Shown here piece by piece: positions 54,281 to 64,000 of a DNA stretch of 64,000 nucleotides (positions are counted from its first letter, which is position 1; each line of letters starts with the position of its first letter). Source of the DNA: Patescibacteria group bacterium (GTDB lineage: Bacteria; Patescibacteriota; Saccharimonadia; UBA4664; SCTI01); the NCBI GenBank assembly GCA_004297735.1, contig SCTI01000002.1, forward strand, positions 64,160 through 128,159. Direction: 5' to 3'. The notes under the pieces were generated by a model. That model searched no databases. It was not told where the DNA came from and saw only the letters and a list, made by a program, of their open reading frames with translations. Position numbers and translations under genes: made by a program.

Positions 54281-54841
54281 ATGACTAAAGTATCGGTTGA
54301 GTACGCTCACATATACACGAATCAACAGATTGCTGAGGAGCATCAAGTATCGCTCCAGGTTTTGAGCGGGGTTACTCAGGAGCTAGAAAATGCGGGTAAG
54401 AGTAGTTCTCTGGTGGTTCTGGTTGATGACTACTCCTTCCCCGATCCATCATTCGACTATAGCAAGTTCTCTGAATGGCTTGAGACACAGGGCTTTAAAC
54501 CTGATTTATTGTTTCGAGAGAGCCAACTGATACCTGTATGCGACGAGGTGCTTTCGCTCGTTAACGACACGCAATTGAAGACTCAGATCAATGACTACAT
54601 TAGGGCTAAAAAGTACCCTTGTTCATTATTTATTGCAGCGTGGTACCTACTTCGCCTTGGCAAGATTCAATCTCAGCTCTACCCTGTAGCACTACAATCG
54701 GATGAGCTGATTAATATCCTTCCCGAGAGCTTTAAGCCATTTGAAGATAAGGGGCTGGAAATTATCAAGGCTACCAAGTTTGCTAATGCCGCAGACTCTA
54801 TAAGTTATAAGTTCTTGCCCGGCCGACTTATTGCAGTTTAA
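54281..54841 (+). CDS. Hypothetical protein, possibly SCO2522-like
   Basis: Leaderless TATAAT-6-ATG; VSVEYAHIY, LVDDY, CSLFIAAWYLLRLG motifs. Confidence 0.6.
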   Translation: MTKVSVEYAHIYTNQQIAEEHQVSLQVLSGVTQELENAGKSSSLVVLVDDYSFPDPSFDYSKFSEWLETQGFKPDLLFRESQLIPVCDEVLSLVNDTQLKTQINDYIRAKKYPCSLFIAAWYLLRLGKIQSQLYPVALQSDELINILPESFKPFEDKGLEIIKATKFANAADSISYKFLPGRLIAV

Positions 54842-54914
54842 ATGACTTGAGCGCCTCGACCGGGGTGTCGAAGCGCTCTCTGTGGCTTAGATGGCGGCGA
54901 CTCACTCGGAGTAA

Positions 54915-55106
54915 CTACTCTCCGTTTATCGAGCCGTCATAACCGTGAAGAGACACGATTGCGTAGCCATGATCACGGTTGGTGTTGCAGGTGTCGGTAG
55001 CAGCAGCGAGAGCCGCTACTAGGCCGAGAGCCCCGGCCCCGATGAGGCCAATCATCCTCCAGGGGTGCCCCCAGATGGCACCGGTCAGACGACCAAGGAT
55101 GATCAT
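54915..55106 (-). CDS. Single-TM microprotein D, 63 aa
   Basis: ATGA overlap with upstream ORF; hydrophobic segment. Confidence 0.65.
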   Translation of the reverse strand: MIILGRLTGAIWGHPWRMIGLIGAGALGLVAALAAATDTCNTNRDHGYAIVSLHGYDGSINGE

Positions 55107-55246
55107 GGGCGCCACCCCGCCCCGTCTTCCTCGATGTCGACCCAGAGAAGCTCATCAGACCCCTTTGAACCGATCACCGCAACCAGGCCAATGGCCCCGA
55201 ACAAGGCGGCCACGGCGGCGGCCAGCTTGCGCTTCTTGTGCGTCAT
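55103..55246 (-). CDS. Single-TM microprotein C, 47 aa (MTHKKRKLAAAVAALFGAIGLVAVIG...)
   Basis: Manual translation; GGAGGAG SD; ATGA overlaps at both ends. Confidence 0.7.
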   Translation of the reverse strand: MTHKKRKLAAAVAALFGAIGLVAVIGSKGSDELLWVDIEEDGAGWRP

Positions 55247-55380
55247 GACCTGCTCTCCTCCCGGTAGGGAACGACGTTGTACTGGCGCGGCCTGATGCGA
55301 TCGTGAATTGAGTATGCGATGAGAGGAGCGATGAAGTAGGCCGCTACAGCCATCAACCCCAGCTTTACTACTCTACCCAT
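55243..55380 (-). CDS. Single-TM microprotein B, 45 aa (MGRVVKLGLMAVAAYFIAPLIAY...)
   Basis: Manual translation; GGAGGT SD; stop overlaps the next ATG. Confidence 0.7.
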   Translation of the reverse strand: MGRVVKLGLMAVAAYFIAPLIAYSIHDRIRPRQYNVVPYREESRS

Positions 55381-55394
55381 CACCTACCTCCGAT

Positions 55395-55538
55395 CTAGTA
55401 GCCGTCGGCGTGATCGCGCTCGATCGCCCGTGAAGCAAAATGAGCTCCGATGAAGCCAAACACTGCCGCAATCAAGGCAGAGGCTATCACGATTCCGGCG
55501 CAAACGAGGACAATGTCGGTCGTACTCAGGTTTGGCAC
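55395..55538 (-). CDS. Single-TM microprotein A, 47 aa (MPNLSTTDIVLVCAGIVIASALIAAVFG...)
   Basis: GGGAGGT SD before GTG 55538. Confidence 0.68.
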   Translation of the reverse strand: MPNLSTTDIVLVCAGIVIASALIAAVFGFIGAHFASRAIERDHADGY

Positions 55539-55608
55539 AGCACCTCCCAGGGTGAGAATTTGCTTATGCTGGGTAGAATTTAACCATAAGCCAGGAGCCA
55601 AAGCAACA

Positions 55609-55631
55609 AAAAACCACCCTTGGGGTGGTTT
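55609..55631 (-). terminator. Terminator of the 16S transcript
   Basis: AACCACCC-loop-GGGTGGTT followed by a T run on the minus strand. Confidence 0.75.
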
Positions 55632-55835
55632 CAGCGTTGAAATCAAAGTAGTGCAGTGTAAGGGCCATACAGTTCACCCATCGTTGTGCTGATCTAGTCA
55701 GCGAGGTCTCTCATAAAGAGAGATCGACCTAGAAGTATCGCAGCCGATATCAAGAGCACGTCTTGCGACAGCTCAATTAACATCGGTCTGGCCGTAGGTC
55801 ATGCCTACGGAACATGTTGCCATGTCATTCTCCCT

Positions 55836-57342
<1,507 letters not shown>

Positions 57343-57587
57343 AATAGTTGATACTCCGAAGAGTATCTGGTTGTTTGAACCCGCTGCTAACTGTTGTTAA
57401 CTTTGGTTATTCTCAAAAGTGAACTGATGGTTTTCGTTTACACTGCACTACTTTAGATTTCAACTTGCAGCGTCAGGCGTATGGAGCTGGTGCCACCCAA
57501 AGCGCGTGCACGCTTTGGCAGACAAAAAATAGCCGACCCTTGGGCCGCTATCTAAGTGAGCTTCACACTTTCAAGACGTTAAGCCCA

Positions 57588-57616
57588 ATTCTACTGGAGT
57601 GTTGCAATTGTGTCAA
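57588..57616 (-). promoter_or_regulatory. 16S rRNA promoter
   Basis: TTGACA-17-TAGAAT. Confidence 0.75.
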
Positions 57617-57631
57617 CAGGTAAGACGTGGT

Positions 57632-59422
57632 TTAAGACTGGGGTTGGTTCTGATCTGGTGAGCCGGCAGACGACTGCTGCTCATCGAGACGATCAAGCGG
57701 ACTGTGGTGCGGAATAATGGTTGGTGCCACCGCACCATCTTCGAATGGAGCTTTTAGCTCGGTATTTGCGACCTCAATGTGGTGCTGCCCTGGCGGCTGA
57801 TAGGCCTGCGGGTCGTTTGCTGGGGGCTGAACGGCCGATGCGGCGGCCGGATTATTGGTTGGATTACTGGTTGGGGTTGCCGACACTGGCGCGGCCGCCT
57901 CGGGAGTAACACCAGCCGTCATATAACTTGAGGCGTCATAGCCACTCGATTGGCTGCGGCGGCGAATGAACCAAATACCACCCGCAATTAGCAGTAGCAG
58001 TACCACTACTAGGCTGATTATCATCGGCAGCAAGTTGCTTTGCTTAACGCCGGCTACCAGTATGGTTTGAGCGGTGTCGGACTCAAAGCTAAAGCCACCG
58101 GCATCTTGGTTGTAGGCAGTATCGCTCTTTTGCCACTGATTGTCCTTGTAGCCATACAGCACCGGCTTAAGCTGACCCATAGCGTCCTTGTCTACATTAA
58201 TGGTGTACTTAACCGGCTGCTTAAAGGTTTCGATGGTGTCACCGTTGGACTTTTTACAGATCAGCTTATAGGGTGAAGATTTGGCCTCGGTCCCCTTTGG
58301 CAGAGCCACCTCAATCTCTTTGTCTTCAATAATGCGACAGTCGGCCTCCTCTTCGAGGGCTCCAGCCGGGATAACCACCGCCACGGCAGCGTTTTCGCTT
58401 GAAATAGTGGTTTCCTCGTCGGTCTTGGCGTTAGGCTGGAACTGACCGGTCGCAATCTCGCCGTCAACGCTCGCGCTGGCGTTGATGGCGGCATCGTAGG
58501 CAATAACTCGGTAGTAGTAGGTCTTAGAGTAATCGGCGCCAGTGTCGGTATAGGTTGTGTCGGTAACGTTGTCGTTAAGCATGTCCCAGGCGGTCTTATC
58601 GGTAGAGCGCTCAACGCTGTAACGTGATACCCCTATATTATCGGTTGCGGCGGTCCAACTTAAAGCCACCATGCCAGATGAAGGCGAGGTGATTTTTAGA
58701 TCGGTTGGTGGATTCGGTGGAGTTGAATCAGTTTGGCTCGCAGCCGGGGTCGAAGCAGCCGGGGCGGCGGCGGGAGCGCTGGAGCGAGCCGCTGAGCTCG
58801 AGGCGACCTTGGGCTTGGCCGCCGGTGCTGAAGCTGGTTTTGGTGCTGCGGCAGCTGGTGCTGGTACAGGGCAGCCGCCGTTACTGGACGGCCCCGACTG
58901 AGTTGGACAGCGATCATCTTTGTCTGACACATTATCATTGTCAGCATCAGGATAGCGAACGTAAAACTCTAGATTATTGGTGACGCCGGCGGTTATGCTT
59001 ACCGGAATATTGGACTTGATCGGACTATTCGGAGCCACCTCCATACCAGCTGGAAGATTGGTAAACTGGTTAAAGAAAACGTTGAACTTCGTACAGTAGT
59101 CAATACAACCAAAACCGCCGAGCTGCCCATTGCCATTACCGTCAAAAGGCATCCACCCACCGGTTACTCCGCGTCCACTATCTTCAAAAATGCTTACATA
59201 AATATAGGTACCACTTGAAGGTGGAGCTTTTTTTTGACCGCCCGATACGTCATACATCCTCACGATCATTCCGGTGGGGTTATTGTAGGCAAATGATCCT
59301 CGCAGCCACAGATAGCCCAGGCCGGCCGACAAGACAATTAGCAGCATTGCAACTACAGCGCTAAACCTCCGGCTGCGGATTAGCTTAGCGGCGCGCTTCT
59401 TTTTAGGATGCTTTTTGACCAT
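57632..59422 (-). CDS. Cell-surface protein with TSP3-like repeat, Ala/Pro linker, FN3 domain and two TM anchors
   Basis: N-terminal TM; DADNDNVSD..DRCP....GCP; LSWTAATDNIGV..Y...YYYRVIAYD; C-terminal TM + RRR. Confidence 0.8.
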   Translation of the reverse strand: MVKKHPKKKRAAKLIRSRRFSAVVAMLLIVLSAGLGYLWLRGSFAYNNPTGMIVRMYDVSGGQKKAPPSSGTYIYVSIFEDSGRGVTGGWMPFDGNGNGQLGGFGCIDYCTKFNVFFNQFTNLPAGMEVAPNSPIKSNIPVSITAGVTNNLEFYVRYPDADNDNVSDKDDRCPTQSGPSSNGGCPVPAPAAAAPKPASAPAAKPKVASSSAARSSAPAAAPAASTPAASQTDSTPPNPPTDLKITSPSSGMVALSWTAATDNIGVSRYSVERSTDKTAWDMLNDNVTDTTYTDTGADYSKTYYYRVIAYDAAINASASVDGEIATGQFQPNAKTDEETTISSENAAVAVVIPAGALEEEADCRIIEDKEIEVALPKGTEAKSSPYKLICKKSNGDTIETFKQPVKYTINVDKDAMGQLKPVLYGYKDNQWQKSDTAYNQDAGGFSFESDTAQTILVAGVKQSNLLPMIISLVVVLLLLIAGGIWFIRRRSQSSGYDASSYMTAGVTPEAAAPVSATPTSNPTNNPAAASAVQPPANDPQAYQPPGQHHIEVANTELKAPFEDGAVAPTIIPHHSPLDRLDEQQSSAGSPDQNQPQS

Positions 59423-59468
59423 ATTAAGGCCATTATACGATAAAAACGCTTATGCTGTAAGTGATATT

Positions 59469-60341
59469 TTAACGGCGTTTTTTGGCGCGGGCCTTAGCGG
59501 CGCGCCGCTTTTTATTTGGCCCCTCAAACCAGATATCCTTACTGTCCTTGTCGCTAAGTTCGGCTAGCTGCAAAGGAACGTGTGGGCCATAGCTGTATGC
59601 CAGTAAAGCAAAGGTTGCCAGCGAGACGATTAGCAGCAAGCTTGGCCACAACAACCAGTTGGCTCCGGCAATGTTTTGCGAGATTAAGAAGACCAGCCCA
59701 AAACCAATAGCTGCAAAAACCAAGGCTGCCCAGAATCCTAGATGAATTGCCTGAACAATAGCCGGAACCCGACGATACCGGCGAATCACATAAAAGCGGG
59801 CCACAAAGGCCGCCACCACGAATACGGTCGACACCAGCAGTACGGCATACTCAACCATTTGGCCAACTGGTGTTGTAACAAAATCAACGACTCCACCTAG
59901 CTGATTGGCGTTAAACAACGCGGCAAACAGCAATCCAATAATCGCTCCGGCCATTACTTCGAGCGGCTTATGCCCCAGGATTTCGCGCAGCTTGTGCGGT
60001 GGGTGCTTAACCGGCACATTCCCTTCGTTCAATCCGTCGAGAATGGCGTTAATGGCTGCCGCTTGTTCGCCGGTAGAGCGCCTCACGCCAAAAGAGTCGT
60101 ACATCACGATGGCAGCGAAGATGGCCGAAAGCCCAAAGATGGCTGACTGCGGTCCATCAATCAAAAAGGCGGTAAAAGCCAGCGAGCTGACCACGGCTGA
60201 ATGTACGCTGGGCATACCACCGGAGGCATAAAGGTAACGAAAATCGATGCGCCCCTGCCCGGCGGCTACTAAAAACTTGAGCACCTGCGTAATCATCCAA
60301 ACCAGTAGCGGGATGACTATGTAGGGGTTATACAGGTTCAT
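59469..60341 (-). CDS. Divergent PAP2 family (DUF212) membrane protein with C-terminal TM extension
   Basis: [30 protein letters not shown]; start ATG 60341. Confidence 0.88.
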   Translation of the reverse strand: MNLYNPYIVIPLLVWMITQVLKFLVAAGQGRIDFRYLYASGGMPSVHSAVVSSLAFTAFLIDGPQSAIFGLSAIFAAIVMYDSFGVRRSTGEQAAAINAILDGLNEGNVPVKHPPHKLREILGHKPLEVMAGAIIGLLFAALFNANQLGGVVDFVTTPVGQMVEYAVLLVSTVFVVAAFVARFYVIRRYRRVPAIVQAIHLGFWAALVFAAIGFGLVFLISQNIAGANWLLWPSLLLIVSLATFALLAYSYGPHVPLQLAELSDKDSKDIWFEGPNKKRRAAKARAKKRR

Positions 60342-62952
60342 CGCCGTTCTCCTTGGCGGGCAGTGTTGCCCCGTCGGAATCGGTGCTGCCAACCGCATCG
60401 GCATCCAGTTGAACCTCGCTGATCAAGGCGATTGAGGCCACCTTGTCGCCTTCTTTGAGGCGCATTATGCGAACGCCCTGTGTTGATCGGCCAATCAGCG
60501 ATACGTCCTTAAGGGCCATTCGAATAACCTGTCCTTGGGTTGAAACAATCACCATATCATCTTTGTCGCTTTGAATCGCTCGCACATCCAGAGTCTTGCC
60601 GGTCTTATCGCTAACCACCCCGGCGCGAATACCAACCCCACCGCGAGCGTGCGTGGTGAACTGATCAACCTTGGTTCGCTTACCGTAGCCGTTCTCCATT
60701 ACCACCAGCAGCTGCATGCCGGGCTGAACCACGTCCATACCTACCACACTGTCGCCGCTGCGCAAACGGATACCGCGTACGCCGCGTGTAGCTCGGCCCA
60801 TCGGTCGGGCATCGGTCTCTTTAAAGCGTATAGCCTGAGCCAAGGCGGTCGACATCACAATCTCGTCGCTGCCGCTGGTCTGCTTGACCCAGCGCAGCTC
60901 GTCGCCGGCATCGAGCTTAATGGCAATCAAGCCGTTAGCGCGGACGTTGGCATAGTCGGTTAAGGGCGTCTTTTTGACGGTTCCGTGCAAAGTTGCCATA
61001 AACAAGTACTTGCCGGCGGTATCCTTGTTAAAGGTGTTGAGTGAGGTCACCTTTTCGTCTGGACCCAGCTGTAACAGGTTGACGATCGCCTGGCCTTTGG
61101 CGGTGCGGCTAGCAGCTGGAATCTCATAGCCCTTCAGTCGGAAGACGCGACCCTTGTTGGTGAAGAACAGCACCATATCGTGGTTATAGGTAAGAACTAG
61201 GTGTTCAACCACATCCTCTTCTTTGGTGGTCATACCCATGATGCCCTTGCCGCCACGGCCCTGGCTGCGATAGGTGTTGGCCGGGATTCGCTTAATGTAG
61301 TTACCCTGCGTTAAGGTGATGATAACCTGCTCGTTTGGCACCAGCTCCTCTTCGCTAAACTTGCCTAGCTCTTGGTCGATAATCTGGGTTCGGCGCTTGT
61401 CGCCAAACTTTTCTTTGAGTTCACTTAGCTCTTCTTTAATAATGCGCAGAATCTCTTTTTCGTCGGCCAAGATGGCTTCGAGTTTAGCAATTAGGTCGCG
61501 CAAGAAGGCTAAGCGATCTTCAATCTCTTGGCGCTCAAGGCCGGTTAAACGACCAAGCTGCATCGAGATGATAGCTTTAGCTTGAATGGTGGTAAGTTTG
61601 AACTTCTTAACCAGGTTCTTGCCGGCCTCTTCGCGGTTTTTGCTAGCGCGGATGGTGGCGATTACCTCATCAATGTGGTCGAGGGCGATCTTGAGTCCCT
61701 CTAAGATGTGGGCCTCGTCTTTGGCCTTACGCAGCTCAAACTCGGTGCGACGTCGAACCACTTGCTGGCGGTGTTTTACAAACTCACGCAGCATCATCTC
61801 AAGCGTCATGACACGCGGCTGAATTCCGTCAACCAACGCCAACATATTCACATGGAATGAGGTCTGCATTGGTGTCAGCTTATATAGCTGGTTAAGAATC
61901 TTTTTAGGATAGCTGTCCTTTTTAAGCTCAATCACCACCCGAATACCCTTGCGGTTGGACTCATCGCGTAGATCGGCAATCCCTACCACCCGCTTGTCCT
62001 TGTGGAGTTCAGCAATCTTGGCTACTAATGATGATTTATTAACCGCGTATGGGATCTCGGTAATTACAATCTGCTGGTTACCCTTTTTATCCTCCTCAAC
62101 CTCGGCCACCGCTCGGACCACGATCGAGCCCTTGCCGGTTCCGTAGGCCTGACGAATTGCGGCGGTACCGTAAATAACGCCACCGGTTGGAAAGTCCGGA
62201 CCCTTAATGTACTGCATTAGGTCGTCAACGGTAGCCTCGGGATTGTCGATCAAATGAGCAATGCCGTCGGCAAGCTCAGACAGATTATGCGGCGGAATGT
62301 TGGTAGCCATACCAACCGCAATACCCATCTGGCCGTTCAGCAACAGGTTTGGAATCTTAGCCGGGAGCACTACCGGCTCTTTTTCGTTGCCATCGTAGTT
62401 AGGGCGGAAATCAACCGTCTCTTTTTCGATATCAAACAGCATCTCGGCGGCAATGCGAGTCATGCGAGCCTCGGTATAACGCATGGCGGCCGGTGGATCG
62501 CCGTCAATTGAGCCGTAGTTACCCTGGCCGTCTACCAATGGGTAGCGCGAGCTGAACTCCTGAGCCAAACGCACCATGGCGTCGTAAATGGCGCTATCGC
62601 CATGAGGGTGGTACTTACCCATTACATCACCAACCACGTTGGCACTCTTACGGTAGCGAGCCGACGGGCGCAGACCGGTGTTGTTCATTGAATACAGAAT
62701 GCGGCGATGAACCGGCTTTAATCCATCGCGGACATCGGGCAGCGCGCGCGACACAATCACGCTCATGGCGTAATCGAGGTAACGATTCTCCATGACGTCT
62801 TCAATTGAGGTAGCCTCTAGGGTGCCGGCGGTGGAGTCGCGCTCAATCTCCATAAGCGCGTTGGCTTGATCGACAGACTCAGCGGTAACCTCTTCTGGAG
62901 TAACTTCTTCGGGGGTTTCTTCAATTGGTGACTGGTTTTCTTCGGGGTTCAT
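60328..62952 (-). CDS. gyrA: DNA gyrase subunit A
   Basis: [22 protein letters not shown], GyrA box QGRGGKG. Confidence 0.98.
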   Translation of the reverse strand: MNPEENQSPIEETPEEVTPEEVTAESVDQANALMEIERDSTAGTLEATSIEDVMENRYLDYAMSVIVSRALPDVRDGLKPVHRRILYSMNNTGLRPSARYRKSANVVGDVMGKYHPHGDSAIYDAMVRLAQEFSSRYPLVDGQGNYGSIDGDPPAAMRYTEARMTRIAAEMLFDIEKETVDFRPNYDGNEKEPVVLPAKIPNLLLNGQMGIAVGMATNIPPHNLSELADGIAHLIDNPEATVDDLMQYIKGPDFPTGGVIYGTAAIRQAYGTGKGSIVVRAVAEVEEDKKGNQQIVITEIPYAVNKSSLVAKIAELHKDKRVVGIADLRDESNRKGIRVVIELKKDSYPKKILNQLYKLTPMQTSFHVNMLALVDGIQPRVMTLEMMLREFVKHRQQVVRRRTEFELRKAKDEAHILEGLKIALDHIDEVIATIRASKNREEAGKNLVKKFKLTTIQAKAIISMQLGRLTGLERQEIEDRLAFLRDLIAKLEAILADEKEILRIIKEELSELKEKFGDKRRTQIIDQELGKFSEEELVPNEQVIITLTQGNYIKRIPANTYRSQGRGGKGIMGMTTKEEDVVEHLVLTYNHDMVLFFTNKGRVFRLKGYEIPAASRTAKGQAIVNLLQLGPDEKVTSLNTFNKDTAGKYLFMATLHGTVKKTPLTDYANVRANGLIAIKLDAGDELRWVKQTSGSDEIVMSTALAQAIRFKETDARPMGRATRGVRGIRLRSGDSVVGMDVVQPGMQLLVVMENGYGKRTKVDQFTTHARGGVGIRAGVVSDKTGKTLDVRAIQSDKDDMVIVSTQGQVIRMALKDVSLIGRSTQGVRIMRLKEGDKVASIALISEVQLDADAVGSTDSDGATLPAKENGDEPV

Positions 62953-62954
62953 CT

Positions 62955-64000
62955 TTAAATATCCAGGTTAACAACATCTTTGGCGTGAGTTTGAATGAAG
63001 TTCTTGCGCAACAACACCTCTTCGCCCATCAACTTATTAAAGATGGCATCGGCTTTTTCGGCGTCGGTAATACTAACCTTCATGAGCACCCGGTTGGCCG
63101 GGTCCATAGTGGTCTCCCACAGCTGATCGGCATTCATCTCGCCCAAACCCTTGTAGCGAGAGCTGGTTGCACCGAGCTCTTTGATTTTGGCGCCAATGGC
63201 ATCAATCATTTCTGGCTCTTCCTCTTCAGCCTCTGGAGCGGTGGCACCCGGAACAATATCGGCTCCTGGCTCATCGGCTTCATCCTCGGCCGGAGCGGGT
63301 TTTGGCTCGTCCTTGATCTTGCCACTACGCTTAGCCTCAAGTAGCTGGTCAACCAGCTCCTCTCGCTCCTCGTCGCTAAAGACGTAGTGCTTTTTGCGGC
63401 CAAGCTGTACTAGGTGTAGAGGCGGTTTAGCGATAAAGAGGTGTCCTCTTTGAATAACTTCCGGCATATTACGGAAGAAAAAGGTCAACAGCAGGGTTGA
63501 AATATGAGCGCCATCAACATCGGCATCGGTCATAATCACGATACGTCCATACCGCAGCTTACTTATGTCGAACTGGTCACCAATGCTGGTGCCCATGGCG
63601 ACAATTAAGTTCTTGATCTCATTATTACTAAGCATCTTATCGAGACGAGCGCGCTCAACGTTGAGAATTTTACCACGGAGCGGCAAAATCGCCTGGAACT
63701 CCGAGTCACGACCGTTCTTGGCTGAGCCGCCGGCCGAGTCGCCCTCAACAATAAACAGCTCACTGCGCATGCGATCCTTGGTACGACAGTCGGCCAGCTT
63801 GTCGGCCATCGAGATGCTGTCGAGCGCACCCTTACGCATAACGGTGTCGCGGGCGGCCCGGGCGGCCAGTCGAGCGCGGGCGCTAAGAGTCGCCTTGCCC
63901 ACAATCTTCTTACCCTCATTGGGGTTTTCTTCCATGTAGTAGTTGAACCACTCGCTCATCACCTGCTCAACCACACCGCGGACCTCGGGTGAACCCAGCT
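62955..64000 (-). CDS. gyrB: DNA gyrase subunit B (5' part outside the window)
   Basis: [30 protein letters not shown]. Confidence 0.97.
   Translation of the reverse strand, partial: LGSPEVRGVVEQVMSEWFNYYMEENPNEGKKIVGKATLSARARLAARAARDTVMRKGALDSISMADKLADCRTKDRMRSELFIVEGDSAGGSAKNGRDSEFQAILPLRGKILNVERARLDKMLSNNEIKNLIVAMGTSIGDQFDISKLRYGRIVIMTDADVDGAHISTLLLTFFFRNMPEVIQRGHLFIAKPPLHLVQLGRKKHYVFSDEEREELVDQLLEAKRSGKIKDEPKPAPAEDEADEPGADIVPGATAPEAEEEEPEMIDAIGAKIKELGATSSRYKGLGEMNADQLWETTMDPANRVLMKVSITDAEKADAIFNKLMGEEVLLRKNFIQTHAKDVVNLDI

Overview
A 64-kb segment of a small, streamlined bacterial chromosome, most consistent with Patescibacteria (CPR), probably Saccharimonadia or a relative; the taxonomy is inferred from gene content, not from a search. 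Housekeeping blocks are ftsZ/ftsA, map-adk-dgkA-ybeY-yqeY-rpsU, hisS, relA/spoT, recJ, secDF, priA-def-fmt, rpsA-ylxR-infB-rbfA, the F1Fo ATP synthase operon and gyrB/gyrA. The rRNA genes are unlinked: 16S and 23S-5S lie about 12 kb apart with separate promoters, tRNA-Ile/tRNA-Ala are on the opposite strand, and 23S carries a ~180-nt structured insertion. Between these blocks sit many self-contained orphan transcription units with -35/-10 promoters, strong Shine-Dalgarno sites, translational coupling, GC-rich third codon positions and often their own terminators, whereas many native genes look leaderless. These units include two tandem actinobacterial-type IHF (mIHF/sIHF) genes, an actinobacterial-like NYN nuclease, a four-gene single-TM microprotein operon, a triplet of divergent paralogs and a three-gene small-protein operon. 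An octamer GCTTATGC/GCATAAGC recurs in at least 10 intergenic, mostly promoter-proximal positions. Working hypothesis (inference only): a co-regulated, host-directed gene class in an epibiont of Actinobacteria.
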